Source: a bacterium
GTDB lineage: Bacteria; Zhuqueibacterota; Zhuqueibacteria; Residuimicrobiales; Krinioviventaceae
NCBI GenBank assembly: GCA_963693055.1
Contig: OY843751.1
Coordinates: 2,368,001-2,432,000 of the forward strand
Length of the DNA stretch: 64,000 nt
Direction: 5' to 3'
Shown here: piece by piece, positions 56,044-64,000 of the stretch
Layout: each line of letters starts with the position of its first letter
Numbering within the stretch: position 1 is the first letter of the stretch
The notes under the pieces: model-generated
What the model saw: the letters and a program-made list of their open reading frames with translations, nothing else
Database searches by the model: none
Told to the model about the DNA's origin: nothing
Translations under genes and position numbers: made by a program

Positions 56044-57888
56044 ATGAATAGAAAAATTGTTGTTATACTATTGTCCTTTATTGTCGCTTTTATGAGTTGT
56101 AAAGACAAACCCACCGAACCGGATATGTTGAATCCTCTGGATACTCAAAATAAACAAACTGCTGGTGACCCTTTCGGGCTCGCCGTTACTATTGGTAATG
56201 GCGGTGTGTTGCTGGAATGGGAAGAGGTAGACGTTAAAAGTATTACAAATTATTATATATATCGATCAGCTGAATCCAATTCCGGATTCCTAAAAATGGG
56301 GCAGGTGACATTTGAAACTAGAACGTTTACGGATACTACCGTTCAAAATGGTAACAGCTATTGGTACAAAGTCTCTGCCCTTGATGAAAACGGACAGGAA
56401 AGCAATTACACCCATGTTGCGTCTATCCGTATCAATACAGAACCGGTCATTGATATCAATAATGGAAACAAATATATTACATCGGGTAATATTGATCTCA
56501 CCATACTTGCCATGACTGCGAAACAAATGTGGATTTCGAATAACAAGGATTTTTTAGATGGTGAATGGGAAGCGTATTCCACCCGTAAAAGCTGGTCCAC
56601 AAGTGAAATTGAAGGTCAGAAAATTATATATTTAAAAGTTAAATATGATAACGATGAAATATCCACAACATCTTCTGACACTGTTTATTATGATACAACT
56701 CTGCCTGTTGCTGCATTTAGTATTTCTCCCGAGATAGGTGTCTTTACTGAAACTCCATTTCAGTTTGATGCATCTCCATCTACTGATAACCTTACTCTGG
56801 ATGAGGATATGAACTATCGTTGGGATTGGGACAATGATGGCATTTTTGATACGGGCTGGACCCATGATGAAATAACCTATCATAATTTTGATATAGGTGG
56901 TGGATATACTCGTGTAAAATTACAAGTTATGGATGGTGCCGGTTGGCAGGCTGAAATTGTGGATTCGGTATATGTAAACACTGCGCCGGTTGCCAAATTT
57001 GATTGGGATTATGATAGGGACAATGTGAAAGTGGTCTATTTTGATGCTTCCAAATCAACCGATTTGGAGGATGGGCAGGAATTGCAATATCGTTGGGATT
57101 GGGAAGGTGATGGTGTTTGGGATACGGATTTTGTATCTTTACCTGAAATTTCTCATGAATTTGGTGAATCTAATGATACGGTTTCGGTTGTACTGCAAGT
57201 TCAGGATTTACATCAAGGGAAAAGTACAAAAGTAAATTATTTTGATTTTTTAAATGCGATTTTATTTGATATTGATGGAAATCTTTACAAAGTCGTTTGT
57301 ATTGGCAACCAGTGGTGGACGGTCGAAAACCTCAAAACGACCCATTATCGAAATGGAGAGCCAATAGAAGAAGTTACAGATAATGCTGAATGGACAACCC
57401 TGACTCGCAGTGCGTATTGTGCCTGGGGCAATTTTTATTCACTGGTTGAGGAATATGGATTGCTATACAACGGCTATGCCATTGAAGACAGCCGGAATCT
57501 GGCACCCGAAGGATGGCATGTTGCAACAGATGAAGATTGGAAAGAACTTGAAATGTTTGCCGGTATGAGTAAAGAGGATGCGGATTATTATGGCCCTGTG
57601 CGCGGAACAACTGAAGGCGCAAAACTTAAAGAAGAAGGCTATGAACATTGGGATAAACCCAATGTTAATGCCAGTAACGAATTTGGATTTACAGCTTTAC
57701 CTGCCGGATACCGTGATTATAAGACCGGAATTTCTGTATATATGTTAAGAAAAACTTATTTCTGGGGTGCAGGCAATTCAACAGAGACTCATGCAATTAT
57801 GCGAAAGATGAATTATTATGTTACCTTTATTTATCGGAATTTATATGATAAAAGATTTGGTGCTTCTGTAAGACTGGTTAAAGATTGA
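56044..57888 (+). CDS. surface lipoprotein: FN3 + 2 x PKD + Fib_succ_major (FISUMP) domain
   Basis: Lipobox FMSC; FN3 YYIYRS...YWYKVSA; PKD FDASPSTD/YRWDW twice; DIDGNLYKVVCIGNQWWTVENL, YGLLYN, APEGWHV, GFTALPAGYR, GASVRLVKD. Confidence 0.88.
   Translation: MNRKIVVILLSFIVAFMSCKDKPTEPDMLNPLDTQNKQTAGDPFGLAVTIGNGGVLLEWEEVDVKSITNYYIYRSAESNSGFLKMGQVTFETRTFTDTTVQNGNSYWYKVSALDENGQESNYTHVASIRINTEPVIDINNGNKYITSGNIDLTILAMTAKQMWISNNKDFLDGEWEAYSTRKSWSTSEIEGQKIIYLKVKYDNDEISTTSSDTVYYDTTLPVAAFSISPEIGVFTETPFQFDASPSTDNLTLDEDMNYRWDWDNDGIFDTGWTHDEITYHNFDIGGGYTRVKLQVMDGAGWQAEIVDSVYVNTAPVAKFDWDYDRDNVKVVYFDASKSTDLEDGQELQYRWDWEGDGVWDTDFVSLPEISHEFGESNDTVSVVLQVQDLHQGKSTKVNYFDFLNAILFDIDGNLYKVVCIGNQWWTVENLKTTHYRNGEPIEEVTDNAEWTTLTRSAYCAWGNFYSLVEEYGLLYNGYAIEDSRNLAPEGWHVATDEDWKELEMFAGMSKEDADYYGPVRGTTEGAKLKEEGYEHWDKPNVNASNEFGFTALPAGYRDYKTGISVYMLRKTYFWGAGNSTETHAIMRKMNYYVTFIYRNLYDKRFGASVRLVKD
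56815..57127 (+). repeat. intragenic direct repeat (PKD domain duplication)
   Basis: TATCGTTGGGATTGGGA exact at 56815 and 57088, continuing ...TGATGG...GATACGG. Confidence 0.8.
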
Positions 57889-57893
57889 TACAT

Positions 57894-57934
57894 ATCCCAT
57901 GTATCGTCAAGCGTTTGTTGATGATACATGGGAT
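57894..57934. terminator. 17-bp-stem hairpin between convergent genes
   Basis: ATCCCATGTATCGTCAA-N7-TTGATGATACATGGGAT. Confidence 0.75.
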
Positions 57935-57939
57935 TTATT

Positions 57940-60066
57940 TTATTTTTCAATGAGAATAAATTTTGCTTCATTTGCGTCAAACCGCATTTTAATTTCTGAC
58001 ATATTTTCAGGTTTTTCAATTGCTGATATTGCTGTTGTTACTCCACTTAAAATATTCAACTCTTTAATGGTTCCACTACCTTTTAAACTTGCCTGACAGG
58101 TAATGGGTTTTTCACCTTCATTAAAGAAAAAGTAGAGTTCACCATCAGGAAACGTCCGGTGCATATAAAAAAGTTCAGGTTGATTGCTGTCCAGTAATAC
58201 ATCTGCATGTGGCAGTTTTTCTATCTGTTCCCGGGTAAATTCATGCATCAGGTATTCTTGCATCCAGTTCGCCGGGGCTGGAGCTGTTGCCTGCATGAAG
58301 GATTTATCTGTAATTAATTCAGGTGTCTTGTTCAAAAAGATTAATGTACCGCCTGCTTTTGCAAATGCTTTCACACGTTCAAGTGAGGCTTGGGAAATTG
58401 CACTCACACCTGGGATAATCAAGGTAGAATAGTATTGATAACTTTGATTCACAAATTTACCATCTTGTAATGTTAATACCTCGCTTAGTGCCTGTTCATC
58501 AACAATATCAAAATCGCGTTGATTGCTTACGAGTTTGTGAGCAGTCTCCCACAATATATCGTTCGCTCTCCAGTCATCCAGCCAGTAACTCTGCGTGGGA
58601 AAGTAAATTCCAATGTTTGCCGCCGGTCGTCCTTGAGATAGTAAAAAGGATGCCGCGTTTGTGAATTGCATTACTTGCGGGAATTTTTCTTCTCCCATAT
58701 AACCGCGTATGTTAACCTGACCTTTTGACGAGGCTCCATAAAACATGAATTCAAAAAGATTTATACCGCGTACCAGTTGATAGTTAACTCCCCACAATAC
58801 CTGCTCACAGTCGGGACGGGGATTATATGCCGCGTAACTTTCGCTGAGTGCTCTGGGTCTGCCATACAAGTGAGAGGCAGAGGAGGCCAGCTTTACAAAA
58901 TCCGCAACAGTACCCGGCCATACCTGGTTCCAGATTGCATCTACACCCGGTATTTGTACCTTACGCATAGGTCTGAAAAAATCTCCTGTGGATCGAAAAA
59001 GTTTGGGGAGAACATGCTCATTGTTTAAATGGGTCATGTATTCAACATTATTTTGCGCACACCAGTCAGCCTGCATCCCGAAAAAGTGATTACCAAAAAG
59101 CTCTGACCATACATCCCAATAGTCTGCTCTGGCGCGTTTTTCTTTATCTGTTCGGGTAGGAGCAAAGAATGATGCAAGGTAGGGTTTAACATCGTATCCC
59201 TTTTTGTTCATAAATGTATCCAGCATGCCTGTTGTCCAGGGAATGTGACCAAAATCCGGTTCATCACCTCTGAAGCCCAGAACCGTTTTTCCAAACTCGT
59301 CGCCAAGGAATTGTTTGTATCCTTCATGCGTCCAATTGATAAATTGGGCCACTGCCTGTGGATCCAGTAAATTGCCCATGGAATTTTTTGTGGTTTTTGC
59401 ACCGGTTGAATCGTTTACTGCACGTGTAACCGGGGTCCTGAACTGGTGGTCAATGATACGTATTTCCCATTTACCGGATGGTGCCTGCCAGTGCAGTTTG
59501 TTGTTTTGGGTATCCAGTATTGTACTGGTTTCATTGTCAAGGTTTACTGCAACAGCACTTACTACATTGTCAGCCAGGTCTTTGTCTATGCTCTGATTGT
59601 CGGTTAATTCGATTTTTTCTGCAATGCCCAATCCCTGCATACGCAGATCAGGACGCTCCTGGCTGAATTTACCACCTGCAAATCCGCTGGGATACTTACC
59701 CTCATCAATGATCCATACTCGCATATTCCGTTTTTTGGCTTCATCCACTGCATACCGTATCATTGCAAACCATTCATCAGAGAGATAAGGTGCATTATTC
59801 ATCCGGTAACCGGCTTCAATAGTGACGGTGCGAAAGCCCCTTTTGTATAGGGCATCCAGGTCGCGCTCAATAACCTTGTGAGACATGGGCCCATTCCAAC
59901 CCCAGGTTACGGTGGCGCAATATTCGGATGGAGGTTCTTGCGCTTGTTTTACAGCATCACTTAATTTAATGTCTGACAAGTGCTGCCAGGAACGATCAGA
60001 ATTGCAGGAGAACATCAACAGGGTGATTATCAATAAATGGAAAAATAGAATTGTTCGGGTTTTCAT
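57940..60066 (-). CDS. GH106-like glycoside hydrolase lipoprotein
   Basis: Lipobox MFSC; WGWNG, YLSDEWF, IIDEGKYPSGFAGG, FRGDEP, ASSASHLYG, ALSES. Confidence 0.78.
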   Translation of the reverse strand: MKTRTILFFHLLIITLLMFSCNSDRSWQHLSDIKLSDAVKQAQEPPSEYCATVTWGWNGPMSHKVIERDLDALYKRGFRTVTIEAGYRMNNAPYLSDEWFAMIRYAVDEAKKRNMRVWIIDEGKYPSGFAGGKFSQERPDLRMQGLGIAEKIELTDNQSIDKDLADNVVSAVAVNLDNETSTILDTQNNKLHWQAPSGKWEIRIIDHQFRTPVTRAVNDSTGAKTTKNSMGNLLDPQAVAQFINWTHEGYKQFLGDEFGKTVLGFRGDEPDFGHIPWTTGMLDTFMNKKGYDVKPYLASFFAPTRTDKEKRARADYWDVWSELFGNHFFGMQADWCAQNNVEYMTHLNNEHVLPKLFRSTGDFFRPMRKVQIPGVDAIWNQVWPGTVADFVKLASSASHLYGRPRALSESYAAYNPRPDCEQVLWGVNYQLVRGINLFEFMFYGASSKGQVNIRGYMGEEKFPQVMQFTNAASFLLSQGRPAANIGIYFPTQSYWLDDWRANDILWETAHKLVSNQRDFDIVDEQALSEVLTLQDGKFVNQSYQYYSTLIIPGVSAISQASLERVKAFAKAGGTLIFLNKTPELITDKSFMQATAPAPANWMQEYLMHEFTREQIEKLPHADVLLDSNQPELFYMHRTFPDGELYFFFNEGEKPITCQASLKGSGTIKELNILSGVTTAISAIEKPENMSEIKMRFDANEAKFILIEK

Positions 60067-60332
60067 TTCTACTCCTTGATTATTACTATAATAATATCAA
60101 TTTTATAAAATCAAAACAATGAAAAATATTAAACACATATATTGCCTGGGAATTTGAATAGTTTCAAATCCGTTATTAAACTATATGCAGAATACCTGAT
60201 TTTGATTTGTAATACGATTTTAGCCTGGCTATACTTTAATTAAATATGTTTGATTCCCAGGGGAATTCATATATATTCTAATACTAAAACTCTAAAATTT
60301 ATTTGTTCTAACCTCAGGAAAGCTGGTATATC

Positions 60333-61259
60333 ATGATCGCGAAAAAAATTCTGGAAGCAATTGGTAATACCCGACTTTTGAAATTAAATCGGGTCGTTCC
60401 TCAAAACTGTGCAAATATATATGTAAAATTGGAATGGGAAAATCCCACCGGCAGTATGAAGGACCGTGCAGCACTTGCCATGATTGAAAGGGCCGAGGCT
60501 GATGGTAAATTAAAATCCGGTGATACCATTCTGGAATATACAGGCGGCAGTACCGGTATTTCTCTTGCCATGGTTTGTGTAGCAAAGGGATATCCGTTGG
60601 AAATTGTAACGTCCGATGCATTCAGCAATGAAAAATTGAACCAGATGAAATCTTTTGGCGCTGAACTGACAATGGTACCCAGTGAGGACGGACTCACAAC
60701 CAAAAAGCTGATTCAGGATATGGTTGCAACCGCCAAAGAGATGAGCATGAAACCCAATACGTATTGGACAAACCAGTTGGAAAATGTTGACAGCATATCG
60801 GGGTATTATGCGCTTGCAGAAGAGATATTGCAGCAGACATACCAAAGCATTGACGCGTTTGTTCATAGTGTTGGAACGGGTGCGTCATTGCGTGGAGTGG
60901 CAACGATTTTGAAAAAGCATGCTCCCAACTCTCGCATTGTTGCTGTAGAGCCCGCGGAATCTCCGGTATTGTCCGGCGGGCAGCCGGGACCACACAAGAT
61001 CGAAGGCGTGGGAATTGGTTATACGCCGCCTCTCTGGAAACCCGACCTTGTGGATGAAATTGTACCTGTAGCTACGGATGATGCTAAAGCCATGTGCAGA
61101 CGTTTGGCAAAAGAAGAAGGGATCTATGCGGGGACCTCTTCCGGCGCAAATGTTATTGCTGCCATAGAGATCGCAAAAACGCTTCCTCCTGATGCCAATG
61201 TAGTAACGCTGATGGTTGACTCGGGATTAAAATATACCAGTACGGACGTGTTTCGATAG
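60333..61259 (+). CDS. cysK: cysteine synthase family PLP enzyme
   Basis: IGNT, KLEWENPTGSMKDR, VGTGA, HKIEGVG, GTSSGAN, DSGLKY. Confidence 0.85.
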   Translation: MIAKKILEAIGNTRLLKLNRVVPQNCANIYVKLEWENPTGSMKDRAALAMIERAEADGKLKSGDTILEYTGGSTGISLAMVCVAKGYPLEIVTSDAFSNEKLNQMKSFGAELTMVPSEDGLTTKKLIQDMVATAKEMSMKPNTYWTNQLENVDSISGYYALAEEILQQTYQSIDAFVHSVGTGASLRGVATILKKHAPNSRIVAVEPAESPVLSGGQPGPHKIEGVGIGYTPPLWKPDLVDEIVPVATDDAKAMCRRLAKEEGIYAGTSSGANVIAAIEIAKTLPPDANVVTLMVDSGLKYTSTDVFR

Positions 61260-61316
61260 AAAAGTTATGAGAATGAATCGAGAATAAATATATTTGAATA
61301 TTAAAAGCGAGTATTT

Positions 61317-61847
61317 ATGAGTACATATATAGCACTATTCAGAGGGATCAATATTGGTGGCAAGAATTTGTTGCCCATGAAAACGCTTGTTCCTTCACTT
61401 GAAGAGATGGGGTGCAGCGGCATTCAAACCTATATACAAAGCGGCAATGTTGTGCTGGAATGGGAGGGAGAATCTGCTGAATCCCTTGCACGGGATATCA
61501 GTTCGGCTATACAAAAGCAATTTGGATTTGAACCGAGGGTCGTGCTCCTTACCGCGGATGAGCTTGAACAAGCCATTGCCAATAATCCCTTTCCCACGGA
61601 TAACGGCAAGGTGCTAAGCTTCTTTTTTCTGGATGAAATTCCTGCACATGCTGATTTTGAGAAAATGGACGAAATCAAAATTGCATCAGAAGCCTATAAA
61701 CTGCATGACAAGGTATTCTACTTTTGCGCACCCGACGGATTTGGCCGGTCCAAACTCGCCGCGAATGCAGAAAAGCTGCTGGGTGTACCGGCAACTGCCC
61801 GAAACTGGAATACGGTTAACAAGCTGAGAGAGATGGTGGGGGGATAA
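61317..61847 (+). CDS. DUF1697 domain protein
   Basis: YIALFRGINIGG, TYIQSGNV, NNPF, ATARNWNTVNKL. Confidence 0.9.
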   Translation: MSTYIALFRGINIGGKNLLPMKTLVPSLEEMGCSGIQTYIQSGNVVLEWEGESAESLARDISSAIQKQFGFEPRVVLLTADELEQAIANNPFPTDNGKVLSFFFLDEIPAHADFEKMDEIKIASEAYKLHDKVFYFCAPDGFGRSKLAANAEKLLGVPATARNWNTVNKLREMVGG

Positions 61848-61880
61848 ATAATATATAAATTTTTGTAGAGTAGTAGGTTG

Positions 61881-62258
61881 TTACAACTCTTCAATCTGAC
61901 GTTTTTTAAATTCCAGTAATTCTATTTTGCGATTGGTGATTTTGTGGGCCCGGTTAATCTGTTCTTTTTCTTTCATATCTATTTTCAGCATCATTTCAGT
62001 TGCCGTGCTTCCGGTAAGATTCCTTTTCGCCAATTCTCTTTTGGCTTCAATGCGCGTATTTCTGAATCTCTGTTCAAGCTTTAAAAGATGTTCTTCTAAA
62101 TCCTGTTTCACATGTTTAATTTTAATATCCATTTCTTCAGGCGTACTGAGCTTGAAATATTGCTCAATCTTTTTCATTTGGAGGGTTTGTCTATACGCAA
62201 AGATTGCAAGGGTAAGTGAGCCGAGACTGATAAATAGTGCCAATATGCCTAATATCAT
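61881..62258 (-). CDS. hypothetical N-terminally anchored coiled-coil protein
   Basis: AGGAAG RBS; TM helix then charged heptad-like region. Confidence 0.6.
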   Translation of the reverse strand: MILGILALFISLGSLTLAIFAYRQTLQMKKIEQYFKLSTPEEMDIKIKHVKQDLEEHLLKLEQRFRNTRIEAKRELAKRNLTGSTATEMMLKIDMKEKEQINRAHKITNRKIELLEFKKRQIEEL

Positions 62259-62384
62259 ATTTCTTCCTGTTTACTGAGGGATTAATAATTAAATATAAAT
62301 TCGTTCAGGATAAATGCTTAATATTATACAAATTGTAAGGATATATGTCAAGGACATTGATGTGATTTCGGGATGTATCTAAAC

Positions 62385-62411
62385 AAAAAAAGCCCGCTTT
62401 AAAAGCAGGCT
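62385..62411 (-). terminator. terminator after tRNA-Leu
   Basis: Minus strand AGCCTGC-TTTTAAA-GCGGGCT plus T-tract. Confidence 0.8.
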
Positions 62412-62415
62412 CCAG

Positions 62416-62499
62416 TGCCGAGGGGGGGAATCGAACCCCCATGGGATTGCTCCCGCTGGATTTTGAATCCAGTGCGTCTACCAATTTCACCACCTCGGC
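62416..62499 (-). tRNA. tRNA-Leu(CAA), CCA not encoded
   Basis: GCCGAGG acceptor, TGGTAGAC D-loop, CTGGA-TTCAAAA-TCCAG anticodon arm, long variable arm, GGTTCGATTCC T-loop. Confidence 0.97.
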
Positions 62500-62663
62500 G
62501 TGAATTGAACGTCGAATAATATAGCTAATCTAAAATTAAATGTCAAGAAAAAGATATTAATTTGTTGATTTGTTTTTCATTGATTTTTAATCAGGAATGA
62601 TTAAATTAAAAGATTCTTGTAAATTTGATGTTTTTTATATAACCCATATCTTCAGGAGATATA

Positions 62664-63890
62664 ATGAAAAAACAAACAATTGACGATCTTGCCTTAAAAG
62701 GCAAACGCGTTATGATGCGCGTGGATTTTAATGTTCCGCTGACTGCTGATAAAACGGTTGCGGATGATAAACGAATTGTTGCTGCATTACCTTCAATTAA
62801 AAAAGTTGTGGATGAAGGCGGTAAAGCTATTTTAATGTCTCACCTGGGTCGTCCCGGTGGAAAAGTTGCTCCCGAGTTTTCATTAAAGCCGGTTGCCGAT
62901 CATCTGGGTACCCTGTTGGGTAAACCCGTTGTTTTTGCTCCCGATTGTGTTGGAGATAAAGTAGATGCACTGGTAGCCAAAATGAATGACGGCGATGTTC
63001 TTTTGCTTGAAAACCTGCGTTTTCATCCTGAAGAAGAAGGCAAAAAAGATGGCACCAAAATGACAACCGAAGAACGCCAATGGTTCATTGATGGATTGGC
63101 TAAAAATGCTGACCTGTATGTGGATGATGCTTTTGGTACCGCGCACCGCGCGCACGCTTCCATGTCTGGTGTGCCTGAAAAATTGGGACAAGGAGCTGCC
63201 GGTTACCTGCTGCAAAAAGAACTTGAATACTTTGCCAAAGTATTTGATGCACCTGAACGTCCGTTACTGGCTATTCTGGGTGGTGCCAAAGTTAGCGACA
63301 AAATCCTTGTGATTGAAAATTTACTTGAAAAAGTAGACAGTCTTATGATTGGCGGTGCAATGGCATATACCTTTTTAAAAGCCAAAGGTATTGCTGTTGG
63401 TAATTCACGCGTTGAAGAAGATTTTGTAGAAAAAGCAAAAGATTATATTGAAAAAGCCAAAGCAAAAAATGTAACACTGTTGTTGCCTGTTGATCACGTT
63501 GTTGCATCAGAATTTCCCGCAGCAGGCGTCGATGTAACTCCGCAGGTTACAGAAGGTGAAGCCATTGCAGATGGTATGATGGGACTGGACATTGGTCCTA
63601 AATCAGTTGAACTGTATGTTGCTGAAGTACAAAAATCAAAGACCGTTGTTTGGAATGGACCTATGGGTGTATTTGAAGTCAAAGGTTTTGATAACGGTAC
63701 TTATACACTGGCAGAAGCTATTGCAGAAGGCGATTGTGTTTCTGTTGTAGGTGGTGGTGATTCAGCAAGCGCGGCTAAAAAATCCGGTCATGGCAGCAAG
63801 TTTAGCCACATCTCTACCGGTGGTGGTGCCAGTCTTGAATTGATGGAAGGCAAGCTTTTACCCGGTGTTGCCGCTCTAACCGAAAAGTAA
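62664..63890 (+). CDS. pgk: phosphoglycerate kinase
   Basis: RVDFNVP, SHLGRP, LLENLRF, DAFGTAHRAHAS, GGAKVSDK, WNGPMGVFE, HISTGGGASLE. Confidence 0.98.
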   Translation: MKKQTIDDLALKGKRVMMRVDFNVPLTADKTVADDKRIVAALPSIKKVVDEGGKAILMSHLGRPGGKVAPEFSLKPVADHLGTLLGKPVVFAPDCVGDKVDALVAKMNDGDVLLLENLRFHPEEEGKKDGTKMTTEERQWFIDGLAKNADLYVDDAFGTAHRAHASMSGVPEKLGQGAAGYLLQKELEYFAKVFDAPERPLLAILGGAKVSDKILVIENLLEKVDSLMIGGAMAYTFLKAKGIAVGNSRVEEDFVEKAKDYIEKAKAKNVTLLLPVDHVVASEFPAAGVDVTPQVTEGEAIADGMMGLDIGPKSVELYVAEVQKSKTVVWNGPMGVFEVKGFDNGTYTLAEAIAEGDCVSVVGGGDSASAAKKSGHGSKFSHISTGGGASLELMEGKLLPGVAALTEK

Positions 63891-63904
63891 TAATATTGAT
63901 TTTT

Positions 63905-63939
63905 AAAAAGCCGGGTATGTAGATATCCGGCTTTTTTTT
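63905..63939 (+). terminator. intrinsic terminator
   Basis: AAAAAGCCGGGTAT-GTAG-ATATCCGGC-T8. Confidence 0.85.
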
Positions 63940-63987
63940 GTAACATTCACACATTCTCTCCGTTTAAGATGCTGTAAATGAATTTTA

Positions 63988-64000
63988 TGGAGGCATCATG
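63988..64000 (+). other. RBS and start codon of next gene (runs off window)
   Basis: TGGAGGCATCATG at the window end. Confidence 0.55.

Noticed and set aside
62416-62440. tRNA 3' end as an att site for an integrated element
   Set aside because: No duplicate of the tRNA 3' end and no integrase seen in the window
62305-62493. 62-aa minus-strand ORF MVKLVDALDSKS...
   Set aside because: It is a translation of the tRNA-Leu gene and its terminator

Overview
An AT-rich, gene-dense chromosomal segment from a diderm bacterium. FlgD-Ig/T9SS-like C-terminal tails, a Bacteroidota-type Zn-free DksA, Fib_succ_major and PEGA proteins and many Tat substrates suggest an FCB-group lineage such as KSB1 or Calditrichota (inference). 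Contents: a 5'-truncated PAS hybrid kinase and receivers, trxA, lgt, dksA-like, a porin plus ProVWX/OpuA betaine ABC operon, msrBA, an FGE, a TonB-dependent receptor, a PAS sigma-54 activator, a CzcCBA-type efflux operon, a long glycan-utilisation region (GH127, BNR, two GH43-like, two GH106-like, Tat-exported Gfo/Idh/MocA enzymes), a PEGA + FISUMP surface pair, cysK-like, tRNA-Leu(CAA) and pgk. I saw no CRISPR array, integrase, transposase or rRNA. Best candidates for new biology: (1) an operon at 20082-23556 behind a sigma-54-like promoter, joining a NapH-like membrane Fe-S protein, an outer-membrane beta-barrel and a Tat-exported lipoprotein with eight [4Fe-4S] motifs, possibly a heme-free trans-envelope electron conduit, divergent from a secreted DUF2202 ferritin-like protein; (2) a His/Cys-rich leader ORF ending in the RAPP ribosome-arrest motif just upstream of the metal-efflux operon; (3) readable sigma-54 promoter/enhancer architectures. 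All functional calls come from motif recognition by eye; no database searches were run.
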